Below are positions 1 through 12,100 of a stretch of 64,000 nt of DNA, piece by piece. Each line of letters begins with the position of its first letter. The stretch's first letter is position 1. The translations under genes and the position numbers were made by a program. This stretch comes from Okamejei kenojei. Its lineage: Eukaryota. The DNA lies in contig CM069134.1 of NCBI GenBank assembly GCA_035221665.1, forward strand, positions 57,164,001 to 57,228,000, read 5' to 3'. The notes under the pieces are model-generated. The model ran no database searches, had not been told where the DNA came from, and saw nothing but the letters and a program-made list of their open reading frames with translations.

Positions 1-2822
1 AGATGTTGTTTTCTGCATTTGACGTAACTACCATTAGCAGTTGCTCCTCTTCGTCTTCTCTTCGTCATCCGGAACCCACCGAGGGCCCGTCTTCAGCTGC
101 CGAGTCCTCTCTCGGACGGCTCCGTCCGTCTTTCACATTCCCTGAGGGCCCAGCTCACTCTCTTTATCCATCTCGCTTGGGTGCCGAAATTGGGTCATGT
201 CATAACTATCTTTGCCACTTACTCCTCTTCTTCATCTTCTTTCCAGTACCCACTTCGGGGAAAGTCCAACCTCCGGCACCCACCGCAGACCCATCCTCAG
301 TTGCCAAATCTTCTCTTGAAAGGCACATCTTGTTCACTTTAACATCTTCGCTTGTGTTTCCCACCAACAAGCAGCATCAATTCTGATGCTCATGCTCTCC
401 TGTTTGGGCCTGGCTGGGCCTTTTCCTCCTCGTCATCACTGATGCTTTCTTTTAGTCAGTGTTGAATTGGCGATGGCTGCATCTTCAGTCAAAGATGCAT
501 CATTCCTGGAGATTCTGCCTTGCTAGTAGAGTCCTCCCTGAGCTGGTCAGGCCAGTTGACATCTTTCTTCCGGCTTTGCCCTTATGGTGAATCCAATGAC
601 ACTGCAAAGAGGAGACCAGCTTGGTTCCTAATCATCATTAGCTCCAGCTACTTCTGTTCAGTTGTGATGCCTTGGTTTTCACCAGTGACAATCCGTGGTA
701 GAGTTCTGATGCTCCTGTTCCTCCCATGTATGTTCCTTCCACATTTTGTCCAGTGTTGATTTGGGTGTGGGTTCTGTCATGTGACAAGGATAGGCTTCAT
801 TACCAGAGATTTCTTGGCTTTCAGGTGTCCCGTTCTGCATTTGTCGTAACTACCATTAGCAGTCGCTCCTCTTAGTCTTCTCTCCGTCCTCCGACACCCA
901 CCAAGGGGACCCGCCTTCGTCCAACTTCCGGCACCCACCGCGGGCCGGTCTTCAGCTGCCGTATCCTCTCTCGGACAGCACACCTTGCTCTCTTTAACAT
1001 CCTCACTTGTGTTTCCCACCAAGAAGCAGCGTTAGTTATGATACTCATGCTCTCCTGTTTGCTCCTGACCTGGTCTTTTCCTCCCCATCATCATCACTGG
1101 TGCTTTCTTTTATTCAGTGTTGAATTGGTGATGACTCCGTCTTCAGTCAAAAAGATGCAACATTCCTGGAGATTCCTAGAGTGATTCCAGAGTTAGTCAT
1201 GCTATTTGACGTCTTTCTTCTGGCTTAGCCCTGATGGTGAATCCAATGACACTGCCAATAGGAGTCCAGCTTGGTTCTCAGTCGTCGTTAGCTCCAGCTA
1301 CTACTGGTGAGTTGCGATGCCTTGTTTTTCCCAGAGACAATCTGTAGAGGGATTCTGATGCTCCTGTTCCTCCCATGCATGTTCCTCATTTTGTCCAGTG
1401 TTGACTTGGGTGTGGGTTCTGTTCTGTGACAAAGATAGGCTACATTACAAAAGATCCCTTGGCTTTCAAGTGTCGCATTTTGCATTTGTCGTAACTATCA
1501 TTGCCACTTGCTCCTAGCCATCTTCTCTCCGACCTCCAGCACCCGTCTTCAGCTGCCGAGTCCTCTCTTGGGCGGCTGTATCTCTCTGGACACAGCTCAT
1601 TCGCTTTAGCCGCGTTGCTTGGGTGACAAAAATGGGTAATTTGTCGTAACTATCTTTGCTTCTTGCTCCTCTTCTTCATCTTCTGTCCGGCACCCACCGC
1701 GGTAAGGTCCAACCTCCGGCACCCACCACAAGCCCGTCTTCAGCTGTCAAATCCTCTCTTGGACGACACAACTTGCTCTCTTTAACGTCCTTGCCTGTGC
1801 TTCCCACCAACAAGCAGCTTCAGTTATGAAGCTCATGATCACCTGTTTGGTCCTGGATGGGTCTTTTCCTCCTCGTGATCACTGGTAATTTCTTTTGTTC
1901 AGTGTTAAATTGGTGATGGCTCCATCTTCAGTCAAAAAGATGCATCATTCCTGGAGATTCTACCTTGCTAGCAGAGTCCTCCTCCAGCTGGTCAGGCAAT
2001 TTGACATATTTCTTCTGGTTTGCCCTTATGGTGAATCCAATGACACTGCAATAAGGAGACCAGCTTGGTTCCTAATCATCATTCGCTCCAGCTGCTTCTG
2101 GTCAGTTGTGATGCCTTGGCTTTCCCAGAGACAATCTGTAGTGGGGTTCTGATTCACCTGTTCCTCCCTTGTATGTTCCTTCCACATTTTGTCCAGTGTT
2201 GATTTGGGTGTGGGTTCTGTCCTGTGACAAGGATAGGCTTCATTACCAGCGATCCCTTGGATTTCAGGTGTTGCTTTCTGCATTTGACGTAACTACCATT
2301 GGCAGATGCTCCTCTTCGTCTTCTCTCCGTCCTCCGGCACCCACTGAGGGCCCGTCTTCATCCAACCTCCGGAACACACACGGGCCCGTCTTCAGCTGCT
2401 GAATCCTCTCTTGGACGGCATACCATGCACTCTTTACCCTCCTCACTTCTGTTTCACACCAACAAGTGGTGTCAGTTATGTTGCTCATGCTCTCCTGTTA
2501 AGTCCTAGCTGTTTCTTTTCCTCCTCATCATCATCACTCTTGCTTTCTTTTATTCAGTGTCGAATTGGTGAAGGTTTCATCTTCAGTCAAAAAGATGCAT
2601 CATTCCTGGAGATCCCTGGAGTTCTTCTACAGTTGGTCAGGCTATTTGACATATTTCTTCTAGCTTTGCCCTGATGGTGAATCCAATGACACTGCAAAGA
2701 AGAGACCAGCTTGCTTCTCAATCATCGTTAGCTCCAGCTCTGGTCAGTGGTGATGCCTTGGTTTTCCGTGGTAGTTTTCTGATATTCCTGTTCCATATTC
2801 CTGTATGTTCCTTCTTTCTTTT

Positions 2823-3365
2823 TTCTCAATTAAACAGAATGCATCTGTCAACTGTTAGATTTGCATCTGTTAGATTTCATAGAACCTCAACCTCCTCTAT
2901 CTTCTCTGCTTCATGTTCCCGCTCTTTTAAGGTCAAGCAAATCTTTCTACCCAGCCTGAAGATATAATGCTAGTCTGGACTTTACATGAAGGCTACATAT
3001 GCAAGCAAATAAAGTAATAAGGCATCCAGACTAAAAATGCAAATTGCAGCTCTTTATGGTGCCTCTTAAAAGACTCTCAGCAGCCCAAGGACTGGTCTTT
3101 CAAGGTTCAAGAACAGCATCTCCCCGTCAACCATCAGGTTCTTGAACCACATTACACCAGCAACACACTCCTTCTAAACCACAACAGACTGCATCACAAT
3201 GGCTGCTCCACAAAGATTGTTTTTGTATTATCATGGTCTACTTTCCTATAACTAATAATAACATAATGAGACAAGATATCCATTTGATTGCTGTAATGGA
3301 TATCAACTCCAATATATGCCAATATAACAATTTCTTTATTTCTTATTGCTTAGCATGTGCTTTCT
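2823..3365. repeat. AT-rich spacer module (representative copy) made of Tigger-derived and Rex/Babar-derived pieces
   Basis: Starts ctcaattaaacagaatgc and ends ttagcatgtgctttc. Other copies start near 6635, 8980, 13118, 16660, 19072 (truncated), 22790, 25150, 29015 (left end deleted), 33330, 35750, 38203 (truncated), 41910, 44372, 47490 (left end deleted), 51498 and 55800. Confidence 0.92.
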
Positions 3366-3638
3366 TTTGACTGGTTCAATTGGTGAGGGCTCCGTTCATT
3401 GGTAAAAAGATGCATCATTCCCAGAGATTCTATCTTGCCAGCAGAATCCTCCCCGAACTGGTCAAGCTGTTTGACATCTTTCTTCTGGCATTGCCCTCAT
3501 GGTGAATCCAATGACACTGCAAAGAGACCAGCTTGATTTTCAATCGGCGTTAGCTCCAGCTACTTCTGGTCAGTTGTGATGCCTCGATTTTCCCAGTGAC
3601 CATCCGTAGTAGGGTTCTGATGCTCCTGTTTCTCCCAT

Positions 3639-4931
3639 AGAACATAGAAAATTAGGTGCAGGAGTAGGTCATTCAGCCCTTCGAGCCTGCACCGCCATTC
3701 AATATGATCATGGCTGATCATCCAACTCAGTATCTCGTACCTGCCTACTCTCCATACCCTCTGATCCCCTTAGCCACAAGGGCCACATCCAACTCACTCT
3801 TAAATATAGCCAATGAACTGGCCTCACTCAACCCTCTGTGGCAGAGAGTTTCCAGAGACTCACCACTCTCTGTGTGAAAAAAGTCTTTCTCATCTCGGTC
3901 TTAAAGGATTTTCCCCTTATCCTTAAGCTGTGACCCCTTGTCCTGGACTTCCCCAACATCGGGAACAATCTTCCTGCATCTAGCCTGTCCAACCACTTAA
4001 GATTTTGTAAGTTTCTATAAGATCCCCTCTCAATCTCCTAACATTCGCAGAGAGTATACAACCCGAGTCTATCCAGTCTTTCCTTCATAAGACAGTCCTG
4101 ACATCCCAGGAATCAGTCTGGTGAACCTTCTCTGCACCCTCTATGGCAATAATGTCCTTCCATCAGATTTGGAGACCAAAAACTGTACGCAATATCCAGG
4201 TGTGGTCTCACCAAGATCCTGTACTCAAATCCTTTTGCTAGAAAGCTAACATACCATTCGCTTTTTTCACTGCCTGCTGCACCTGCTGCCTACTTTCAAT
4301 GACTGGTGTACCATGACACCCAGGTCTCGCTGCATCTCCCCTATTTCCTAATCGGCCACCTTTAAATAATAGTCTGCTTTCCTGTTTTTGCCACCAAAGT
4401 GGATAACCTCACATATTATCCACATTATACTGCATCTGCCAAACATTTGCCCACTCACCCAGCCTATCCAAGTCACCTTGCAGTCTCCTAGCATCCTCCT
4501 CACAGGCTAACACTGCCCCCAGCTTAGTGTCATCCGCAAACTTGAGATATGCCTTCAATTCCCTCATCCAGATCATTAATATATATTGTAAATAGCTGGG
4601 GTCCCAGCACTGAGCCCTGCGGTACCCCACTAGTCCACTGCCTGCCATTGTGAAAAGGACCCGTTTACTCCTACTCTTTGCTTCCTGTTTGCCAGCCAGT
4701 TCTCTATCCACATCAATACTGAACCCCTAATACCGTAAGCTTTAAGTTTGTATACTAATCTCTTAAGTGGGACCTTGTCGAAAGCCTTCTGGAAGTCCAG
4801 ATATACCACATCCACTGGTTCTTCCCTTATCCACGCTACTAGTTACATCCTCGAAAAATTCCACTAGATTCGTCAGACATGATTTACCTTTCGTAAATCC
4901 ATGCTGACTTTGTCCAATGATTTCACCACTT
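3639..4931 (-). mobile_element. 5'-truncated CR1-clade LINE (degenerate reverse transcriptase, 3' UTR and tail)
   Basis: Minus-strand peptides [29 protein letters not shown] (4630-4815) and [31 protein letters not shown] (4409-4711) are classic CR1 RT motifs, frameshifted relative to each other. Tail catagaacatagaa at 3636-3649. tcccat is duplicated at 3633-3638 and 4932-4937, and the satellite monomer resumes in register. Confidence 0.95.
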
Positions 4932-6092
4932 TCCCATGTATGTTCCTCGTTTTGTCCGGGTTGACTGATTTGGGTCCTGTCCTGTCACAAAGGTAGACTT
5001 CATTACCAGATATCCCTTGGGTTTCAGGTGTTTCTTTCTCATTTGCAGTAACAACCATTGGCAGTTGCTCCTTCTTCATCTTCTTTCCAACCTCCGGCAC
5101 CCAGCGCAGACCCATCCTCAGTTGCCAAATCTTCTCTTGAAAGGCACATCTTGTTCACTTTAACACCTTCGCTTGTGTTTCCCACCAACATGCAGCATCA
5201 ATTATGATACTCATGATCTCCTGTTTGGGCCTGGCTGGGTCTTTTCCTCCTCGTCATCACTGATGCTTTCTTTTATTCAGTGTTGAATTGGCGATGGCTC
5301 CATCTTCAGTCAAAGACGCATCATTCCTGCAGATTCTGTCCTTGTTGGTGAGAGTCCTCTATCATTGCCACTTGCTCCTATTCTTCTTCTCTCCGCCCTC
5401 CAGCACCAGTCTTCAGCTGCCGAGTCCTCTCTTGGGCGGGTGTATCCGTCTTCCTCGCTCCCCGAGTGCCCAGCTCACTCTCTTTAACCACCTTGCTTGG
5501 GTGACGAAAGTGGGTCATTTGTCGTAATTATCTTTGCTTCTTGCACCTCTTCTTCATCTTCTCTCCGGCACCCACCGCGGCAAGGTCCAAACTCCGGCAC
5601 CCACCTTGCCTGTGTTTCCCACCAACAAGAAGCTTCAGTTATGAAGCTCATGATAACGTTTCGTCCTGGATAGTTCTTTTCCTCCACGTCATCACTGGTA
5701 TTTTCTTTTGTTAAGTGTTAAATTGGTGATGGCTCCAACTTCAGTCAAAAAGATGCATAATTCCTGGAGATTCTGCCTTGCTAGCAGAGTCCTCCCCCCG
5801 CTGGTCAGGCTATTTGACATCTTTCTTCTGGCTTTGCCCTTCTGGTGAATCCAATGACACTGCAAAAAGGAGTCCAGCTTGGTTCTCAATCGTCGTTAGC
5901 TCCAGTTACGTCTGGTGAGTTGCAACGCCTTGGTTTTCCCAGAGACAATCTGTAGTAGGGTTCTGATGCTCCTCTTCCTCCCATGCAAATTCCTCATTTT
6001 TCCAGTGTTGACTTGGGTGTGGGATCTGTCCTGTGACAAAGATAGGCTTAATTACCAGCCATCCCTTGGATTTCAGCTGTATTTGACGTGAC

Positions 6093-6114
6093 GTATTATG
6101 CATATGCATAATAC
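6093..6114. repeat. Perfect 22-bp palindrome gtattatgcatatgcataatac
   Basis: Self-complementary on direct reading; contains ATGCATATGCAT. A second copy is at 22264-22285; only a half version is at ~41406-41421. Confidence 0.9.
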
Positions 6115-9100
6115 ATGACGTACTATGCATATGCGTTCTCTTTATCTTTTCTCCGTCCTCTTCCTCCTCCGGCACCCACTGAGGGCGCGTCTTCGTCCAA
6201 CCTCCGGAACCCACCGCGGGCCCATCTTCAGCTGCTGAATCCTCTCTTGGACGGCATACCTTGCTCTCTTTAATGTCCTCACTTGTGTTTCCCACCAACA
6301 AGCAGTATCAGTTATGATGCTCATCTCTCCTTTAAGTCCTGGCTGTGTCTTTCTCCTCCTCTCATCATCATCATCACTGTTGCTTTCTTTTATTCAGTTT
6401 GAATTGGTGAATCCATCTTCAGTCAAAAAGATGCATCATTTGGGGAGTTCCTTGAGGATTCTTCCATAGTTGGTCAGGCTGGAGGAATTTGACATCTTTC
6501 TTCTAGCTTTGCCCTGATGGTGAATCCAATGACACTGCAAAGAAGAGACCAGCATGTGATGCCTTGGTTTTCCAAGAGACAATCCGTGGTTGGGTTCTGA
6601 TGTTCATGGTCCTCAATGTATGTTCCTTCTTTTTTCTCAATTAAACAGAATGCAACTGGCAACTTTTAGATTTGCATCGGTTAGATGCCATAGAACCTCA
6701 ACCTCCTCTATCTTCTCTGCTTCATATTCCCACTCTTTTAAGGTCAAGCAAATCTTTCTAACCAGCCTGAAGATATAATGCTTGTCTGGACTTTACATGA
6801 AGACTACATGTGCAAGGCAATAAAGTAATAAGGCATCCAGACAAAAATGCAAATTGCAGCACTTTATGGTGCCTCTTAAAAGACTCTCAGCAACCCAAGG
6901 ACTGGTCTTTGAAGGTTCAAGAACAGCATCTCCTCGTCAACCATCAGGTTCTTGAACCACATTGCACCAGCAACACACTCCTTCTAAACCACATCGCAAT
7001 GGCTGCTCCACAAAGATTGTTTTTGTATTATCATGGTCTACTTTCCTATAACTAATAATAACATAATGAGACAAGATATCCATTCGATTGCTGTAATGGA
7101 TATAAACTCCAATATATGCCAATATAATAATTTCTTTATTTGTTATTGTTTAGCATGTGCTTTATTTTGACTGGTTGAATAAGTGAGGGCTCCGTTCATT
7201 GGTAAAAAGATGCGTAATTCCCAGAGATTCTATCTTGCCAGGAGAATCCTCACCGAACTGGTCAAGGTGTTTGACATCTTTCTTCTGGCTTTGCCCTTAT
7301 GCTGAATCCAATAACACTGCAAAGAGACCAGCTTGATTTTCAATCGCCGTTAGCTCCAGCTACTTCTGGTCAGTTGTGATGACTTGGTTTTCCCAGTGAC
7401 AATCCATGGTAGGGTGCTGATGCTGCTGTTCCTCCCCTGTATGTTCCTTCCTCATTTTGTCATGTGTTGACTTTGGTGTGGGTTCTGTCCTGTGACAAGG
7501 ATAGGCTTCATTACCAGTGGTACCTTGGCTTTCAGTTGTCGCGTTTTGCATTTGTCATAACTACCAATGGCACTTGATGCCGAATCTTCTCTTGGATGGC
7601 ACACCTTGCTCTCTTTAACATCCTCACTTGTGTTTCCCAACAACAAGCAATGTCAGTTATGATGCTCATGAATTCCTGCTTGTTCCTGGCTGGGTCTTTA
7701 TCTCCTCATCATCACTGGTGCTTTCTTTTATTCAGTGTTAAATTGGTGATGACTCCATCATCTGTCAAAAAGATGCATCATTCATGGAGATTCTGCCTAG
7801 AGTCCTTCCAGAGCTGGTCAGGCTATTTGACATCTTTCGTTGGGCTTTGTCCTGATGGTCTCGCTTGGGTGACGAAAGAGGGACATTTGTCGTAACTATC
7901 TTTGCTTCTCGCTCCTTTTCTTCATCTTCTCTCCAGCATCCAGTGCAGGTCCATCAAACATAGGGCACCCATCGCGGATCCGTCTACAGCTGCCGAATCT
8001 TCCCTTGGACACCTTGCTCTCTTGGGCGGCTGTATCCGTCTTTTCCTCCTTGTCATTACTGATATTTTCTTTAGTTCAGTGTTAAATTTGGTGATGGCTC
8101 CATCTTCAGTCAAAAAGATGCATCATTCCTGGACAATCTGCCTTGCTAGCAGAGTCCTCCCCCAGCTGGTAAGGCTATTTGACATCTTTCTTCTGGCTTC
8201 GCCCCTCTGGTGAATCCAATGACACTGCAAAAAGGAGTCCAGCTTGGTTCTCAATCGTCGTTAGCTCCAGCTACGTCTGGTGAGTTGGGATGCCTTGGTT
8301 TTCCCAGAGACAATCTGCAGAAGGATTCTGATGCTCCTGTTCCTCCCATGCATGTTCCTCAATTTTATCCAGTGTTGACTTGGCTGTGGGTTCTGTCCTG
8401 TGACAAAGATAGGCTTAATTACCAGTGATCCCTTGGATTTCAGGTGTTGCTCTCTGCATTTGACGTAACTACCATTGGCAGATGCTCCTCTTCGTCTTCT
8501 CTACGCCCTTTGGCACCCACTGAGGGTCCGTCTTCGTCCAACCTCCGGAACCCACCGCGTGCCCGTCTTCAGCTCTCTTTAACCCTCCTCACTTGTGTTT
8601 CCCACCAACAAGCAATGTCAGTTATGATGCTCATGCTCTCCTGTTAAGTCCTGGCTGTGTTGTATCCTCCTCCTCATCATCACTCTTGCTTTCTTTTATT
8701 CAGTGTCGGATTAGTGAAGGTTTCATCTTCAGTCAAAAAAATGCATCATTCCTGGAGATCCCTGGAGTTCTTCCAGAGTTGGTCAGGCTATTTGACATCT
8801 TTCTTCTAGCTTTTCCCTGATGGTGAATCCAATGACACTGCCAAGAAGAGACCAGCTTGCTTCTCAGTCATCGTTAGCTCCAGCTCTGGTCAGTTGTGAT
8901 GCCTTGGTTTTCCAAGAGACAATCCGTGGTAGGTTTCTGATATTCCTGTTCTTCAATGTATGTTCCTTCTTTCTTTTTTCTCAATTAAACAGAATGCATC
9001 TGTCAACTATTAGATTTGCATCTGTTAGGTTTAATAGAACCTCAACCTACTCTATCTTGTCTGTTTCATGTTCCCGCACTTTTAAGGTCAAGCAAATCTT

Positions 9101-12100
9101 TCTACCCAGCCTGAAGATAAAATGCTAGTCTGGACTTTACATGAAGGCTACATATGTAAGCAAATAAAGTAATAAGACATCCAGACTAAAAATGCAAATT
9201 GTAGCTCTATAAGGTGCCTCTTAAAAGACTCTCAGCAGCCCAAGGAATGGTCTTTCAAGGTTCAAGAAAAACATCTCCCAGTCAACCATCAGGTTCTTGA
9301 ACCACATTACACCAGCAACACACTCCTTCCAAACCACAACTGACTGCATCACAATGGCTGCTCCACAAAGATTATCATGGTCTACTTTCCTATATCTAAT
9401 AGTAACTTAATGAGACATCATATCCATTCGATTGCTGTAATGGATATCAACTCCAATATATGCCAATATAACAATTTATTTATTTGTTATTGTTTAGCAT
9501 GTGCTTTCTTTTGACTGGTTGAATTGGTGAGGACTCCGTTCATTGGTAAAAACATGCGTCATTCCCAGAGATTCTATCTTGCCAGCAGAATCCTCTCCAA
9601 ACTGCTCAAGCTGTTTGACATCTTTCTTCTGGCTTTGCCCTCATGGTGAATCCAATGACACTGCAAAGAGACCAGCTTGATTTTCAATCGCCGTTAGCTC
9701 CAGCTACTTCTGGTCAGTTGTGATGACTTGGTTTTCCCAGTGACAATCCATGGTAGGGTTCTGATGCTGCTGTTCCTCCCCTGTATGTTCCTTCCTCATT
9801 TTGTCATGTGTTGTCTTGGGTGTGGTTTCTGTTCTGTTACAAGGATAGGCTTCATTACCAGAGATACCTTGGCTTTCAGTTGTCGCGTTTTGCATTTGTC
9901 ATAAACATACCAATGGCACTTGCTGCCTAATCTTCTCTTGGATGGCACACCTTGCTCTCTTTAAAATCCTCACTTGTGTTTCCCAACAACAAGCGGCGTC
10001 AGTTATGATGCTCATGAACTCCTGCTTGGTCCTGGCTTGGGTCTTTTGCTCCTGGTCATCACTGGGGTGCTTTATTGTCTTCAGTGTTAAATTGGTGATG
10101 ACTCCATCATCTGTCAAAAAGATGCATCATTCATGAGATTCTGCCTTGCTAGCAGAGTCCCTTCCATAGCTGGGTCACGCTATTTGACATCTTTCTTTTG
10201 GCTTTGTCCTGATGGTCTCGCTTGTTGTGACAAAGAGGGTCATTTGTCATAACTATCTTTGCTTCTTGCTCCTTTTCTTCATCTTCTCTCCAGCATCCAC
10301 CACAGGTCCGTCAAACATCCGGCACCCATCGCAGGCTCGTCTTCAGCTGCCGAATCTTCTCTTGGACAGCACACCTTGCTCTCTATAACATCCTCGCTTG
10401 TGTTCCCCACCAACAAGCAGCGTCAGCTCTGATGCTCATGATCTCCTCTTTGGTTCTGGCTGGGGCATTTCCTCCTCGTCATCACCAGTGAATCCAATGA
10501 CACTGCAAAGATTAGCCCAGCTTGGTTCTCAATCGTCGTTAGCTTCAGCTACTTCTGGTCAGTTGTGATGCCTTGGTTTTCCCCAGTGACAATCCTAGTA
10601 GGGTTCTGGTGCTCCTGTTCCTCCCATGTATGTTCCTCCTCGTTTTCCCCTCCAGTGTTGATTTGAGTGTGGGTTCTGTCCTGTGACAAAGATAGACTTA
10701 ATTACCAGCGATCCTCTACGATTTCAGGTGTTGTTTTCTGCATTTGACGTAACTAACCATTGGCACGTTGCCCCCTCTTCGTCTTCTCTTCGACGCCTGG
10801 AACCCGCCGAGGGCACGTCTTCAGTTGCCGAGTCCTCTCTGAGACGGCTCCGTCTGTCTTTCAACGCTCGCTGAGGGCCTAGCTCACTCTCTTTATCCAT
10901 CTTGCTTGGTGACAAAATTGGTCATGTCATAACTATCTTTGCCACTTACTCCTCTTCATCCTCTTTCTGATATCTCCTCATTCTCTTGAAAAGGCACATC
11001 GTTGTTCACTTTAACATCTTCACTTGTGTTTCCCACCACCACAGCAGCATCAGTTCTGATGCTCCTATGTATGTTCCATTCACATTTTGCCCACCGGTGA
11101 TTTGGGTGTGGGTTCTGTCCTGTGACAAGCATAGGCTTCATTACCACGCTGAGATATCTTGGCTTTCAGGTGTCCCGTTCTGCATTTGTTGTAACTACCA
11201 TTGGCAGTTTCGCTCCTTTTTCGTCTTCTCTCTGTACTCCGGCTACCCACCAAGGGCCCCCGCCTTCGTCTTTCCAACCTGCGGCAACCCACTGCAGGCC
11301 CGTCCTTCAGCTTGCCATATCCTCGCTCAGAACAACACACCTTCCTCTCTTTAACATCTTCGCTTGTGTTTTCCCACCAAGAAGCAGCGTTAGTTATGAT
11401 GCTCATGCTCTCCTGTTTGCTCCTGTCCTGGTCTTTTCCTTCTCCATCCTCATCACTCGTGCTTTTCTTTTATTCAGTGTTGAATTGGTGATGGGCTTGT
11501 CTTCAGTCAACAAGATGCATCATTCCTGGAGATTTCTAGAGTCCTTCCAGTTAGTCATCCTATTTGACATCTGCTGTTATTTGTCACATACTGCTGTTCC
11601 TCAATGTATGTTCTACTTCGTTTCTTTGTCCAGTGTTGACTTGGGTGTGGGTTCTGTCCTGTGACAAAGATAGGATTCAGTACCAGAGATCCCTTGGATT
11701 TCAGGTGTCGCGTTTTGCATTTTACGTAACTATAATTGCCACTTGCTCCTATTCGTCTTCTCTCCGACCTCCAGCACCCGTCTTCAGCTGCCAAGTCCTC
11801 TATTGGGTCCAGCCGTAATCCGTCTTCTCGCTCCCTGAAGGGCCCAGCTCACTCTCTTTAAATTTAACCGCCTTGTCTTGGTGACGAAAGTGTGGTCATC
11901 GCTGTGTCGTAACTATCTTTGCTTCTTGCTCCTCTTCTTCATCTGTCTTCTGTCTGGAACCCACCTCAGTAAGTTCCAACCTCCGGAACTCACCAGTGGG
12001 GGGGGGGAAGGGGAGGGGGGGGGCAGGCCCGTCTTCAGCTGCCAAATCCTCTCTTGGATGACGCTCACTTGCTCTCTTCAACGTCTTTGCTTGTTTCCCA

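Noticed and set aside
80-500. Hammerhead cores in the monomer (minus-strand CTGAAGA from tcttcag)
   Set aside because: No stem II followed directly by GAAA was found at either recurrent site.
2880-2975. Minus-strand splice acceptor (atcttcag|G) opening an exon LGRKICLTLKEREHEAEKIEEVEVL
   Set aside because: The frame stops after ~25 codons, and the peptide is better explained as a frameshifted Tigger transposase remnant.
2823-3365. Tandem snRNA, 5S or tRNA gene cluster suggested by the octamers and unit size
   Set aside because: No recognisable U1/U2/U6, 5S or tRNA sequence on either strand by eye. An Rfam scan would settle it.
11996-12024. G-run gggggggggggaaggggaggggggggg as a G-quadruplex or insertion
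   Set aside because: It is absent from the paralogs (~28015, ~46485) and lies in an indel-rich stretch, so a sequencing or consensus error is most likely.
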